Shown piece after piece: positions 1 to 11,133 of a stretch of DNA of 64,000 nt. Position numbers and translations under genes: made by a program. The DNA lies in NCBI GenBank assembly GCA_963843145.1, contig CAWJJC010000022.1:416001-480000 (forward strand), read 5' to 3'. The notes below the pieces were generated by a model. The model saw nothing but the letters and a program-made list of their open reading frames with translations, ran no database searches and was not told where the DNA came from. The stretch's first letter is position 1, and each line of letters opens with the position of its first letter. This stretch comes from an uncultured delta proteobacterium (GTDB lineage: Bacteria > Desulfobacterota > RBG-13-43-22).

Positions 1-93
1 CGAAGCAACCGTTGGTAAACACGATTTTCTTCTCTTGGACCTTCAGGGATTCAACCAGGGCGGTTAGTTCGGAACGGGGAATAATTTTTGAGT

Positions 94-852
94 TCATTGG
101 GCCACTACCCGGGCCAGGGTATAGACCGACACCTGACCCGCCCCGGCTTTCTTGAGCACCCGGGCACACTCGTTGACAGTGGCCCCAGTGGTAAAAACAT
201 CGTCCACCAATAAAATATTTTTCCCCCGGACACCATCCGGGGCCTTGAGCTCAAAGGCTCCACGGACATTTTGACGTCGCTCATCAGGATTCAACCGGAC
301 TTGCGGCGGCGTATGGCGGATCCGTTTCAGGATCCCGGGTTTAATTTTCCCCGGGGGAATATCCTCCAGGGCCTTGCTTAGAAGCAAGGCCTGGTTAAAG
401 CCCCTTTCCCGGAGCCTTTTCGGATGCAAGGGGACCGGGATGAGGTAATCAAAGTCCGGTTTTTCCCATTTCAGCCGATTGCCCAACCAACCCAGAACTT
501 CAGTTAACAGGTATTCCTTCCGATATTTGAAGCGGTGGATCGCCCCGGTGACCTGACCCTGATAAACGACCACGGCCCGGGCCTGGTCGTAAAAGGGCGG
601 CCGTCGAAGGCAATCCTCGCACAGATGACTGCTGCCTCCGGCGGGATAAGGCAGTCCGCAACCAGGGCATTGGGGGGCTTCAATCCAGCGGATCTCCCGC
701 TCACAATCCGGGCAGAGAAAGGCCCGGCGCTGAACGGCCACCGGGGATCGGCAAAAGGAGCAACGGGGGGGATAAATCAGGGCAGTAAATCCATTCCACC
801 AAGGAGAATTTACCCCAAATGTTCGATCAGGGCCTGCCCAAAACCGGAACAT
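94..852 (-). CDS. comF: ComF family protein (double Zn-ribbon + phosphoribosyltransferase domain)
   Basis: CxxC pairs at N-terminus, RGFNQA motif, [15 protein letters not shown] loop; true start may be downstream. Confidence 0.85.
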   Translation of the reverse strand: MFRFWAGPDRTFGVNSPWWNGFTALIYPPRCSFCRSPVAVQRRAFLCPDCEREIRWIEAPQCPGCGLPYPAGGSSHLCEDCLRRPPFYDQARAVVVYQGQVTGAIHRFKYRKEYLLTEVLGWLGNRLKWEKPDFDYLIPVPLHPKRLRERGFNQALLLSKALEDIPPGKIKPGILKRIRHTPPQVRLNPDERRQNVRGAFELKAPDGVRGKNILLVDDVFTTGATVNECARVLKKAGAGQVSVYTLARVVAQ

Positions 853-1991
853 GAAACCTCCCGGGCCCCGGTCATCTGTCGGGCCAGGTCGTAGGTGACG
901 ATCCCTTCGGAAATAGTCTTCTGCAAGCCGTTATAAATCAATTCGGCAGCCTCTACCCAGCCCAGGTGTTCGAGTAATAAGGCCCCGGAGAGGATCAGAG
1001 AACCGGGATTGACTTTATCCTGCCCGGCATACTGGGGAGCTGACCCATGAGTGGCCTCAAAGATGGCGCAGGTATCCCCGATGTTGGCCCCCGGGGCCAT
1101 GCCCAGCCCGCCTACCTGAGCCGCCAAGGCATCGGAAAGGTAGTCTCCGTTCAGGTTCGGGGTGGCGATCACCGAATACTCTTCGGGCCGCAGGAGGACC
1201 TGCTGGAACATCATATCGGCGATTCGATCCTTAATGATCAGCTTGCCTATCCCTTCCGCCTGATCCTGACCCAGCAGCCAATCGGCTTCGGTAATGGTTT
1301 CCGAGGGAAATTCTTCCTTCGCCACTTCATAGCCCCACTGGCAAAAGGCCCCCTCCGTAAACTTCATAATGTTCCCCTTGTGGACCAGGGTCACGCTGGT
1401 TTTTTTGCGGCTCAAGGCATACTGTATGGCTCGACGCACCAACCGCCGGGTCCCGCTGCGGCTGATGGGTTTGATACCGATTCCGGTATCAATCCCCAGT
1501 TTTCTCCCGGTTTTTTCCTTGATCCACTGTATTAACTCCCAGGTCTCAGGGGCCTCGGCCGGCCACTCGAGGCCGGCATAAACATCTTCGGTATTTTCGC
1601 GGAATACAACCATATCTACTAGATCCGGGCGCTTCATGGGGCTGGGAACTCCCTGGAAGTAGCGTACCGGTCGTAAGCAGACATAGAGATCCAGTTCCTG
1701 ACGTAACTGAACGTTGAGACTGCGAAGCCCCTTGCCGACCGGGGTGGTCAAGGGGCCCTTGAGGGCGATTCCATAGTGACGGATAGCCTGCAGGGTTTCC
1801 GACGGGAGCCATTGCCCGGTTTGGGCAAAGGCCTTTTCCCCGGCCAGGACCTCCTGCCAGTCGATAGCCTTTTCGCCCCCGTAGGCCTTCCGGATAGCGG
1901 CCTCCAGCACCGGCCGGGTAGCCTTCCAGATATCCGCGCCGGTGCCGTCACCCTCAATAAAAGGAACCGTGATGGTTGTTGACATGGTCAT
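810..1991 (-). CDS. icd: NADP-dependent isocitrate dehydrogenase
   Basis: [41 protein letters not shown] motifs; start moved to ATG 1991 (or 1985) because the upstream extension runs through a repeat. Confidence 0.95.
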   Translation of the reverse strand: MTMSTTITVPFIEGDGTGADIWKATRPVLEAAIRKAYGGEKAIDWQEVLAGEKAFAQTGQWLPSETLQAIRHYGIALKGPLTTPVGKGLRSLNVQLRQELDLYVCLRPVRYFQGVPSPMKRPDLVDMVVFRENTEDVYAGLEWPAEAPETWELIQWIKEKTGRKLGIDTGIGIKPISRSGTRRLVRRAIQYALSRKKTSVTLVHKGNIMKFTEGAFCQWGYEVAKEEFPSETITEADWLLGQDQAEGIGKLIIKDRIADMMFQQVLLRPEEYSVIATPNLNGDYLSDALAAQVGGLGMAPGANIGDTCAIFEATHGSAPQYAGQDKVNPGSLILSGALLLEHLGWVEAAELIYNGLQKTISEGIVTYDLARQMTGAREVSCSGFGQALIEHLG

Positions 1992-2000
1992 TTCATTTCT

Positions 2001-2201
2001 AAATTCGAAATTCGAAGCACGAAATCCGAAACAAACAACAATGTTCAAAATTCAAATGACCGAAACGCTTCCCCTCCCCTAGCGGGAGGGCGTAACTGTT
2101 GGATCCCCCGCTACGGCGGTGCATGCCGTTTCGGAGAACGGTTGTTTTGAATTTCGAATTTTGGTCATTTGAATTTGTTTCGGATTTCGGGTTTCGAGTT
2201 T
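2001..2201. repeat. Heptamer-repeat palindromic element (CGAAATT/CGAAGCA/CGAAATC/CGAAACA arms)
   Basis: Left arm is the inverted complement of the right arm; related copy at 45161-45319. Confidence 0.8.
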
Positions 2202-2214
2202 AACCCCCAAAGGC

Positions 2215-3408
2215 TTAGGATACCTTAAGAACCAGGGCCGCCCCGGTGTCCCCGGCGGCGCAACCGGCGAAAAGCCCATAGCCACCGCCGATTTTGACCA
2301 GTTCTTCGATCAATTCAACGGTGCAGCGGGCCCCGGTAGGCCCCTGGGGATGTCCGAAAATCAGTGAACTCCCGTAATTGTTAAAGATTTCCCCTGGGAT
2401 TTTCATCAGCCGGGCCATGATGATATCGTTGACCGAGAAGGGGTTGTGGGTTTTGACCGCTGCTAAATCTTTAACCTGGACCCCCGCATTTTTCAGGGCC
2501 ATCTCCGAAGCCGGGGTCACGGCGGCCGCCATATGGGCTTTCTCGGCCCGGTTATAGCCGTAGCTCAAAACCTGGATGGTGATGTTTTTATCCTGGCTTA
2601 AATCCCTGGCCTTTTCCCGGGAGGTCAGGATCAGGCCGGCATTGCCATCAGCCGGGTGGGTTTGGGCGCCGAAGGAAATACAGCCTCCGGGGATGACCGG
2701 TTTCAGCGGGGCCAGCCCTTCGGCGGTATTGGGGGTAATGCCTTCGTCCGCTTCCACCAGGATCGACTTTTTCTTGGAGATCTTTATTTCCACCGGGATC
2801 ATATAGCCTTTTTGGAATTCCCGGTCATTGGCCATACCCATCAGGTATTTCTCATAGAGCCGGACAGCCAAGGCATCCGATTCTTCCTTGGTCACCCCGC
2901 CGTATTTGTTCCCCACGTTCTCGGCCGTTTGCACCATGGGCACTCCGCCATAGGGATCTTTGTTGAAATTATCCATCATCCAGTTTTCACTGATCACTTC
3001 TCCTCCCGGTCCGTTGGGATTGGGCCAGACGGTATGGGGGCCGTTGGAGCAGCGGTCGGTAGTCGCCACTAAAACATTCTGATACATCCCGGTTTCCAGG
3101 CCGGCCGCCGCCGTGTAAATGGACGTGGCGCTGGTGGCGCAAGCCTGGCTGATGGTCGGTCCGCTGATCTGATCATTGCCCATGAGGGCGCAAAACCAGG
3201 GGTTGGCGTAAAACCAGGCCCGCTGGCCGATAGTTATGCCCAGAATACAGCCGTCAAACATTTCGGGAGAATAGCCCCTTATTTCAAGGAATTTTTTGGC
3301 CGTGGCCGCGGCTAATTCAATGGAATTGATATTTTGAAAGGACATCTGCCAGCGGGAAAAGGGCGAAGACCAGTACCCCTTATGGGGGATGAAAGATTTC
3401 TGAAACAT
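2215..3408 (-). CDS. Thiolase family protein
   Basis: QACATS, GHPQGPTG and CAAGDTG motifs; RBS ggagg before ATG 3408. Confidence 0.88.
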   Translation of the reverse strand: MFQKSFIPHKGYWSSPFSRWQMSFQNINSIELAAATAKKFLEIRGYSPEMFDGCILGITIGQRAWFYANPWFCALMGNDQISGPTISQACATSATSIYTAAAGLETGMYQNVLVATTDRCSNGPHTVWPNPNGPGGEVISENWMMDNFNKDPYGGVPMVQTAENVGNKYGGVTKEESDALAVRLYEKYLMGMANDREFQKGYMIPVEIKISKKKSILVEADEGITPNTAEGLAPLKPVIPGGCISFGAQTHPADGNAGLILTSREKARDLSQDKNITIQVLSYGYNRAEKAHMAAAVTPASEMALKNAGVQVKDLAAVKTHNPFSVNDIIMARLMKIPGEIFNNYGSSLIFGHPQGPTGARCTVELIEELVKIGGGYGLFAGCAAGDTGAALVLKVS

Positions 3409-3778
3409 GCCTGAGCCTCCTTGGTTTTCGTGTCCGACCCCGATAGTATGCCGGTGGCCGAACACCGAAAACTGATTGAAATAGTTTAGCTATACGCTGA
3501 AATACGCGTTTCAGGAGTATAAGAAAGTGCCGCCGAAGTGTCAAGGGAAAAGGAAGTCCGGGGGGCCTAAAATCCTTGGCCCTTCCGCCCGACCCGGTCG
3601 GGCAAATTACAAAATTGTTGTTTTCTGAGGTAACCTGTGGTAGATCTTTGACGGACTCGATAGATGTCCGGCATCAGCCCGAGTGCGATTTAGCGCCGGG
3701 TCCCACCCGAGGCGGGATGAGGGTGGGACCATTTGAATTCAATTCAAATGGCATCTCGATTGACCAGAGAAAAGGACG

Positions 3779-5347
3779 ATGAAAAACATTTTCCCCCCCC
3801 TAAAAGATTTGGAAAACTCCCATTATGTCCGGGAAATCTATTGCCTCTATGAGATCGCTAAAACCCTGAATGCCACCCTGGATCTGACCAAATCCCTCCA
3901 GGAGACCTTGAGTATTTTATCCAAGTTCCTGGGGATGAGCCGGGCCACGGTCAGTGTGTTGAACCCCCTCTCTTCCGAAATATCCATTGAAATAGCCCAT
4001 GATTTATCCCCTGAAGCCAGGCGCCGGGGCAAGTACCGTTTAGGGGAAGGCATCACCGGTCGGGTGGTTCAAACCGGCGAACCGGCCATCATCCCTCGCA
4101 TCAGCCAGGAACCCCTCTTTCTGAACAAGACCCGTTCCCGGAAGAACCTGGAAAAACAGGACATTTCTTTTATCTGCGTCCCTATCAAAATCGGCAAAAA
4201 AACCATCGGGGCCTTGAGCGTTGACCGATTGTTCGATAACGACATCTCTTTGGATGAGGATTTACGCTTCCTGACCATCATCGGGGCCCTGATCGCCGAG
4301 ACGGTCAACAAACTCCAGCACTTGAACCGGGAAAAAGAAAAACTCATTGATGAAAACCTCCGCCTGCGGAAAGAACTCACCGAGCGCTATCAGGTAGATC
4401 ATATCATCGGCAACAGTCGTCCCATGCGGGAAGTATATGAGATGATCCACAAGGTGGCCCAGAGCAACGCCACCGTCCACCTGCGCGGCGAAAGCGGCAC
4501 CGGCAAGGAACTGGTGGCCAATGCCATCCACTACCAAAGCCTCCGAGCCCATAAACCCTTCATTAAGATCAATTGCGCCGCTCTGCCGGAGACCCTCTTG
4601 GAGAGTGAACTCTTCGGTTATGAAAAAGGCGCCTTCACCGGGGCCACGGCCTTGAAATTGGGCCGCTTTGAACGGGCCCAGGGTGGGACCCTGTTTTTAG
4701 ATGAAATCGGAGACCTGAACCCCAATATCCAGACCAAACTCTTGAGAGTTATCCAGGAAAAAGAAATCGATCGTCTGGGCGGCCGCCAGCCGATACCGGT
4801 TGATGTCCGGATTATCGCCGCTACTCACCAGAATTTGGAAAAGGCCCTGGAAGAGAAACGTTTTCGGGAAGACCTCTATTACCGGCTGAACGTCTTTCCC
4901 ATCTATCTGCCCCCCTTGAGGGAACGACGAACCGACATTCTGCTGCTGGCTGAATTTTTCCTGGAGAAATACACCCAGGAGCACCATAAGAACATCCGAC
5001 GTATTTCGACTCCGGCCATCGACCTCCTGATGCAATATCACTGGCCGGGAAACGTCCGGGAGCTTCAGAACTGCATGGAGCGGGCCGTGCTGATCTGCGA
5101 AGAGGAAGCTATCAAAAGCCACCACCTGCCGGCGACCCTGCAAACGGCGGAGAGTTCCAACACCCAGGCCAGGCTTTCCTTCACTCCGGCGGTGGAGGCC
5201 TTTGAAAAGGAAATGATCATCGAGGCCCTGAAGAAAAGCAACGGGATCAGCTCTCGAGCCGCCCAGGAACTGGGCCTGACCCAACGAATCATGAACTATA
5301 AAATTGATAAATTCGGGATTGAACCCCGAAGGTTTAAGGTCAAGTGA
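3779..5347 (+). CDS. Sigma-54-dependent activator, NifA-like (GAF-AAA+-HTH)
   Basis: GAF N-terminus, [23 protein letters not shown]-terminal HTH. Confidence 0.93.
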   Translation: MKNIFPPLKDLENSHYVREIYCLYEIAKTLNATLDLTKSLQETLSILSKFLGMSRATVSVLNPLSSEISIEIAHDLSPEARRRGKYRLGEGITGRVVQTGEPAIIPRISQEPLFLNKTRSRKNLEKQDISFICVPIKIGKKTIGALSVDRLFDNDISLDEDLRFLTIIGALIAETVNKLQHLNREKEKLIDENLRLRKELTERYQVDHIIGNSRPMREVYEMIHKVAQSNATVHLRGESGTGKELVANAIHYQSLRAHKPFIKINCAALPETLLESELFGYEKGAFTGATALKLGRFERAQGGTLFLDEIGDLNPNIQTKLLRVIQEKEIDRLGGRQPIPVDVRIIAATHQNLEKALEEKRFREDLYYRLNVFPIYLPPLRERRTDILLLAEFFLEKYTQEHHKNIRRISTPAIDLLMQYHWPGNVRELQNCMERAVLICEEEAIKSHHLPATLQTAESSNTQARLSFTPAVEAFEKEMIIEALKKSNGISSRAAQELGLTQRIMNYKIDKFGIEPRRFKVK

Positions 5348-5354
5348 AGGGTTA

Positions 5355-5686
5355 CTTCGCCCTTTTGGGTGGGGAGCCCCAGGGATAATAGATCACCCTG
5401 AATCTAAGCTCGGGCCGTCTGGGTCTCTTGGAAAGGGTTTTCCAAGGGCCATCCGGACTCCGAATCCGGGCCTAAACATTAACTTGATTTAAAGGCAGGC
5501 CCAAAACCGGAGACCTTTAACGCCTTCCCATCTGGCCCTGCCTCCAGGACCGACTTGATAACCCAGGGGCCGGGTTAGAACGACAAAAGAAGTGTGGAAA
5601 ACCCTTTCCAAGAGACCCAGACGGCCACGAAGGCTCAGATTCGGGGTGATCTATTAAATAGATGGCCACCCACCCATAAAGGCGAA
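5355..5686 (+). ncRNA. Structured nested-inverted-repeat element, copy A (candidate ncRNA/cis-regulator or MITE)
   Basis: Perfect 32-bp IR 5413-5444/5595-5626, further outer stems, homologous to 56394-56704 with compensatory changes. Confidence 0.6.
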
Positions 5687-5712
5687 ATGTTCAATTAAAG
5701 AAAGGAAGTCCT

Positions 5713-6867
5713 ATGAACAATTTTTCATTTGTCGGAGCTGGAGAGATTCATTTCGGCCGGGGCGCCATCCGTCAGTTGCCGGAGTTGGCTAAACGGTACA
5801 GTCGGGATACCGTCCTGGTAACGCTGGATCCTTTTTTTTCCAAAGGATCGTTGAAGGCCGATTTAGCGAAACAATTAAAGGCCGTGGGTCTCCAGCCGGT
5901 CTTTTTTGACAAACTGGAAGCCGAACCGGCCCCCGCTTCGGCCGAGGCCGGCGCCCGCCTGGCCGGGGATAAGAAATGTAAACTGGTCATCGGACTGGGC
6001 GGAGGCAGCGCCCTGGATACGGCTAAGGCTATCGCCGTCCTGGCTACGAACAAAGGGCAGGTCAGCGATTACGTCGGGCTGGACCGCGTACCCAAAGCCG
6101 GGCTGCCGACCATCCTGATCCCCACCTCTGCCGGGACCGGGAGCGAAGTGACTTTCACTGCCGTCTTCACCAACCGGAAGACCAAGACCAAGGGGGGAAT
6201 AAACAGTCGCTTTCTCTTCCCCACCGTAGCCCTGCTGGATCCGGAATTAACCCTGACTCTCCCCCCGCAGATTACCGCCCAGACCGGCATGGATGCCCTG
6301 ACCCACGCCATGGAGGCCTATACCTCCAACAAGGCCAACCCGTTAAGCGACCTGGTGGCTGAAAAGGCGATTGCCCTGATTGGCGGGTCCCTGAAAAAGG
6401 CGGTGCAGAAAGGGAACGATATGCAGGCCCGGGAAAACATGCTTTTAGGCAGCCTGCTGGCCGGGCTGGCCTTGGCCAACGCCGGGGTGACCGCCGTCCA
6501 TGCCATGGCCTATCCCCTGGGGGCTTTTTTCAATATCCCCCACGGCCTGGCCAATGCCGTGCTGCTGCCCTATGTCCTGGAGTTTAACCGCATCGGGCAT
6601 CCCGAGCGTTTCGCCCGCATGGAGGCCCTGCTGGGCGGCTCCGCTCCGGCCGACTCCCCGGAAAAGGGGGCTAAAAAATGCATCCAAAGAGTCACCCGCC
6701 TTTCCCGGGCTATCGGCATCCCCCGGAATTTAGCCGAATTGAAGATTCCCCGCAAGGCCATCCCGGAAATGGCCCCGGCAGCCATGAAAGTCGCCCGTCC
6801 CATCGAAAACAATCGCCGGCCGATCACCGAGGGGGATATCATCGCCCTTTATGAAAAGATGTATTAG
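5713..6867 (+). CDS. Iron-containing alcohol dehydrogenase
   Basis: GLGGGSALDTAK, PTSAGTGSE, DALTHAME, H..H metal ligands (VHAMAY, IPHG). Confidence 0.93.
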   Translation: MNNFSFVGAGEIHFGRGAIRQLPELAKRYSRDTVLVTLDPFFSKGSLKADLAKQLKAVGLQPVFFDKLEAEPAPASAEAGARLAGDKKCKLVIGLGGGSALDTAKAIAVLATNKGQVSDYVGLDRVPKAGLPTILIPTSAGTGSEVTFTAVFTNRKTKTKGGINSRFLFPTVALLDPELTLTLPPQITAQTGMDALTHAMEAYTSNKANPLSDLVAEKAIALIGGSLKKAVQKGNDMQARENMLLGSLLAGLALANAGVTAVHAMAYPLGAFFNIPHGLANAVLLPYVLEFNRIGHPERFARMEALLGGSAPADSPEKGAKKCIQRVTRLSRAIGIPRNLAELKIPRKAIPEMAPAAMKVARPIENNRRPITEGDIIALYEKMY

Positions 6868-7094
6868 CCTTTGAAAAGGGGGAATGAATTTCCATGTATG
6901 ATCATAACCTACTGAAACGGATGACTATTATTGTTCTTGACTTGATTTTTCACCATGATAATATTTAAAAAATGGCTAAGTCTGGAAGACGATGTAATAT
7001 GATCTCCTTTATTGAATAGGTTGGCGAAAACCAAAATCTCCTGCCCAAATGACGTCTCATTGGTATTACTGGCGAAGAGGCAACCATAAAAAAG

Positions 7095-8273
7095 ATGAGT
7101 CTCTTAAATGAATATATCCAAAAACGTTTGAGTGGTAACGAGCTTGAAGCCGAGTTATTGCGCCTTATCTCCAAATATAATAAATTAAGGGACACCTATC
7201 TTTTTGTTTTTTCAGCAGCGATCGGAAAGCCCATCCCTGCGATAAGCCTGGAGCAAGCAGACTTCTATATTTTTCACGATCTCTTGTCGGGTAAAAATAG
7301 AAAAAGCGTCGATATCTATATTGAAACGCCAGGCGGAAGCGGTGAAACAGCAGAGGAGATCGTCCGGTTCCTACACAAGAACTTTGAAACCGTGTCTTTT
7401 ATCGTATCCGGGGAGGCCAAGAGTGCCGGTACGCTCATCGTCCTTTCCGGGGATGAAATATTGATGACAGAGACGGGCAGCTTGGGCCCGATCGATGCAC
7501 AAGTCAAAATTGGTAGGTCGGTTGTATCTGCCTATGACTACGTTGAGTGGGTTAATGAAAAACGCAAAGAGGCAGAAACCTTAGGTACTCTAAATCCTTT
7601 TGATGCCACCATGGTAGCCCAAATCACCCCTGGTGAATTAAGCGGCGTTTACCATGCTCTCAAATATGCAGAGGAATTGGTTGTCGAATGGCTAGTGAAT
7701 TATAAGTTTAGGAAATGGCATGAAACGGAGACCAGGAAATATCCGGTAACACTTGAGGCCAAGAAGAAACGTGCCGGAGAAATTGCCGCGGAGTTAACAA
7801 ATCATGCCAAATGGCGTCTCCACGGCAGGTCTATTAAGATTGACGACCTTGAGAATATCGGACTCAAGATCAAAAGGGTAGAAGACGATATCAAGTTAAG
7901 GGAATTGGTTCATCGAATTCAAATTGTTTGCCGTTTGCTTTTTGATACGACAACCACCTTTAAGATATTTGCCACGGAAGACACAAAAATCTTTCGCCAG
8001 GCTGCGCCCGCCAACGTACCGATCAAAATGCCCTTAAGGCCGGGCAAGGCAGACGTTTTACAGATTGATCATAAATGTCCGCAATGTGGCGTTGCTCATA
8101 AGATTTATGCTAAATTTAACCCAAATCCCAAAATCGATCAGGACCTTCAAAAACAAGGTTTTCGTCCGTTTCCAAAAAATGGTAAAATCCAATGTAATTG
8201 TGGTTTTGAGATGGATTTGACAGGGCTCAAGAACCAGATTGAATCCGATTTGGGCAAGTCAATGGTTTTATAA
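7095..8273 (+). CDS. SDH family ClpP-fold serine protease with C-terminal Cys/Zn-ribbon extension
   Basis: ETPGG, AKSAGT, SLGPIDAQ, HGRSI motifs; C-terminal CPQC...CNCG; AT-rich relative to flanks. Confidence 0.8.
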   Translation: MSLLNEYIQKRLSGNELEAELLRLISKYNKLRDTYLFVFSAAIGKPIPAISLEQADFYIFHDLLSGKNRKSVDIYIETPGGSGETAEEIVRFLHKNFETVSFIVSGEAKSAGTLIVLSGDEILMTETGSLGPIDAQVKIGRSVVSAYDYVEWVNEKRKEAETLGTLNPFDATMVAQITPGELSGVYHALKYAEELVVEWLVNYKFRKWHETETRKYPVTLEAKKKRAGEIAAELTNHAKWRLHGRSIKIDDLENIGLKIKRVEDDIKLRELVHRIQIVCRLLFDTTTTFKIFATEDTKIFRQAAPANVPIKMPLRPGKADVLQIDHKCPQCGVAHKIYAKFNPNPKIDQDLQKQGFRPFPKNGKIQCNCGFEMDLTGLKNQIESDLGKSMVL

Positions 8274-8287
8274 TTTATTTCAATAGG

Positions 8288-8473
8288 ATGCCTATTATGG
8301 ATAAGAAGATTAAAGAAAGAGAACTGGAAGAAAAAGCCTTGCTAACCTTTTTGCAAAGGACTAAGGAAGGGGAATATGCGACAATTGCAAAGTGTTCGAT
8401 GAGATTTATTAGGGAAAAGGAGCAGCGCGAGCCCATATATAATGATGAAGAATATTATTATAGCATAAGGTGA
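8288..8473 (+). CDS. Small hypothetical protein
   Basis: 61-aa ORF 14 nt after the protease, same strand, same AT-rich island. Confidence 0.45.
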   Translation: MPIMDKKIKERELEEKALLTFLQRTKEGEYATIAKCSMRFIREKEQREPIYNDEEYYYSIR

Positions 8474-8865
8474 TTTTCACATTTAATTTTTCCAACCTAT
8501 AGGCGCGTTGTTATTGGGAATCAAACTTTATCGCTTTTGATGGCTTCGACCAATTTTCACATTCCACCTGTTAGGTTCTTCGGAAAAAATGCGGCAGGTT
8601 TATATTCTCTTTTAACTTGCTCTTACTTGCCCCCGAAAGACCACCAATTCCTTGCCGCTTAAAATCTCGGCAATATGTCCGGGTCCCTTATCAAGATTGT
8701 CGTATCAAAGATTTTCTTAAAGAACTTAATTCCAGCGAGGGCCTGGTTCCCGATATCCCATAGATATTCAAGGCCTTGAAGGCCAACGGCTCTCCGAAAT
8801 CCCGTTTTGAGACAAGATGAGGACCGGACCTATTTTGGACTCTTCCGGATCAATTTCACAAGGTC

Positions 8866-10022
8866 CTAATTTGATGCGTTTTCGGGTTCCGTCGGCTTCT
8901 CTCCGATCCGGGCTAAGAATTTTTTTTGTTTGTCCCTGTCCCAATGAGCGCAGAAGGCCGGCTTGCCGCCTATTACCCTTTTCAGGCATAAAGAACAGGT
9001 CGGTTCGCAGGAGACCAGCGGTTCCTGAACCAACCCTTCGGCCTTCTTAGGCCAGAGAGGATCGGCCAGGAGGACTCGGGCCAGGCCGATCAGATCGGCC
9101 TGGCCCGAGTCCAGTATCCGTTCGGCCGTCTCCGGAGTCTGAATCCTGCCGGCGGCTATCACCGGGGTTTTTGGGACAACCGCTTTGATTTGCCCGGCAA
9201 AGGAAGACATATAGCCTTCCTCTCTTTTCGGCCTTCAGGTACTCGGGCAGGAAAAAGGAATCATAGGTGCCGGCCATGACCGAGAGGTAGGCCACTCCCC
9301 GTTTTCCCAGCTCTTGGGCATAGAGGGTTGTTTCCTCGGGATGGAGGCCGTCGGGCAGCCACTCATCGGCCAGAAAACGGTATCCCACCGGGAAATCCGG
9401 TCCCACGGCACCCAGCACCGCGTCGACCACCTGTAAAGGGAAGCGCATCCGGTTTTCCAAATGACCCCCCATAGCCATCGGTCCGCTGATTGGTTCGGGG
9501 TGAAAGAAATTGGACCAACAGGTAGCCGGTTCCCCCGTGAAGTTCTACCCCATCGAACCCGGCCTCCTTCACCCGCAAGGCGCCGGTCACGAAGGCCCGG
9601 GTCACTTGATCCATATCCTCCTGATTCATCTCCCGGGGGACCACCCGATAGGTTTCAAAAGGGGACGGGGCGATTTTATCGGCCCCATAGGCATAGCGCC
9701 CCGCATGGTTGATCTGCTGGATGGCCAGGGCCCCCTGTTGGTGAATAGTTTTAGCCAGCCCGGAGAGTCCCAAAAGGAACCGCTCCTCATCCACACGGAG
9801 GGTAAAAGGCGATCCCATCCCCTTAGAGTCCACGGCCGCGTTTTCCACCACGATCAAGGAGGCCCCCGAGGCCGCCATCTCCTGATAATGGTCCAGGATC
9901 AGGGAATTGACCGTCCCATCGGGGTTGGCATAGCCCAGGAACAGCGGGGCCATGGTGATCCGGTTTTTTAGAGTCAGATTTTTTATGGTAAATGGAGAAG
10001 GCAGCAGCGTCTTTTTATTCAT
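8866..10022 (-). CDS. NADH:flavin oxidoreductase (OYE family), split by two frameshifts
   Basis: LKNRITMAP, GFDGVELHGGTGYL, RTDxYGG, ADLIGLAR motifs spread over three overlapping ORFs. Confidence 0.85.
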
Positions 10023-10265
10023 AGTACCTCCAAGGATTGGTTGAAATGGCGTTAAGGGAAAAAGGCTGCTCAATCAAACCGGTTCGTAGCGACACGGTTT
10101 GGGAGAAACGACCTCACCCTGCTCTTTTAGGATAACAGAGGACAATTTTTTTTACAAATAGGGAAAATCCTGTAAAATAAGATAATATTTGAGGTGCCGT
10201 TTATGGGACTCTCTCTATCCGGCAGGGCCGCGACTTTGTTAAGAGGGCTTCAATATTCAAATTCA

Positions 10266-11045
10266 ATGGAAATCCAACCTGGACTGATGAACCCGATCTA
10301 TTGGGAAGAAGCCTATCGTCTTCGTACCTATGAAGTCGATTTCCAAAACCGATTGCGCCTCAGCGCCCTTTTTCATTTTATGCAGGAGACGGCCAGCAAT
10401 CAAATTGAGCGCCAAGGGGTAGGTATAGACATCCTGCGGACCGACAACTTGGCCTGGGTGCTTTCCCGCCTGCTGATCGTGATGGACCGCTACCCCGGAT
10501 GGGGGGAGGAAATCCTGGTTAAGACCTGGCCCCGGGGGATCGAGCGCCTGTTTGCCCTGCGGGATTTTCTGATTACCAGCCGGCAGGGCGAAGTGCTGGG
10601 TCGGGTTACTTCCAATTGGCTGCTCGTGAATCTAAGGACCCGAAGACCCAAGAGATTGGAGGAGGTTTTTAAACGTATGCCGATTGATCCCGGACAGCGC
10701 GCCTTAGATCGGCGATTGGAAAAGCTCCCTCCCCTGGAATCACCCGAGGAGACGCTGGGCTTCAAGGCCGCCTACCAACACATCGATTTGAACCGGCATA
10801 TGAACAATGCCCATTACGTCGGCTGGATTTTAAACAGTTTCCCTTTGGACTTCCATCAGCATTACCAGTTGGCCGATTTGCAGATCAACTTCCTGGCCGA
10901 AACCCAAGGGGGCGAGGTGCTCACCATTTACCGGGAAAGAATCGGAAAGGGCGAACGCCTTTCGCAGGGAATCGAAGGACGAAAAAATGACGGGCAGACC
11001 CTGGCCTTCCAGGCCAGAGTGGATTGGACCAGATCTTCTTCCTAA
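10266..11045 (+). CDS. Acyl-ACP thioesterase
   Basis: YEVDF, WVLSRL, IDLNRHMNNAHY motifs; start uncertain (10266 or 10287). Confidence 0.88.
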   Translation: MEIQPGLMNPIYWEEAYRLRTYEVDFQNRLRLSALFHFMQETASNQIERQGVGIDILRTDNLAWVLSRLLIVMDRYPGWGEEILVKTWPRGIERLFALRDFLITSRQGEVLGRVTSNWLLVNLRTRRPKRLEEVFKRMPIDPGQRALDRRLEKLPPLESPEETLGFKAAYQHIDLNRHMNNAHYVGWILNSFPLDFHQHYQLADLQINFLAETQGGEVLTIYRERIGKGERLSQGIEGRKNDGQTLAFQARVDWTRSSS

Positions 11046-11133
11046 TTTGAAATTCCTTTGACAGGATTTAGATGTTAGGCTATTGGTTGATAACCATCAG
11101 GAGATCTAATTAGAAAATAAGGAGGCATAAGAA

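Noticed and set aside
3779-5347. True nifA / nitrogen fixation
   Set aside because: No nif genes nearby and no TGGCAC-N5-TTGC promoter found; the domain layout is shared by many activators
5450-5580. Cobalamin riboswitch or known ribozyme in the structured element
   Set aside because: The reverse strand has GGGAAGG and CCTGCC but lacks GCCACTG and the rest of the B12 consensus; no hammerhead, twister or HDV core recognised
5713-6867. Fe-ADH as kdnB
   Set aside because: More than 4 kb from the KdnA-like gene and only generic Fe-ADH motifs are visible
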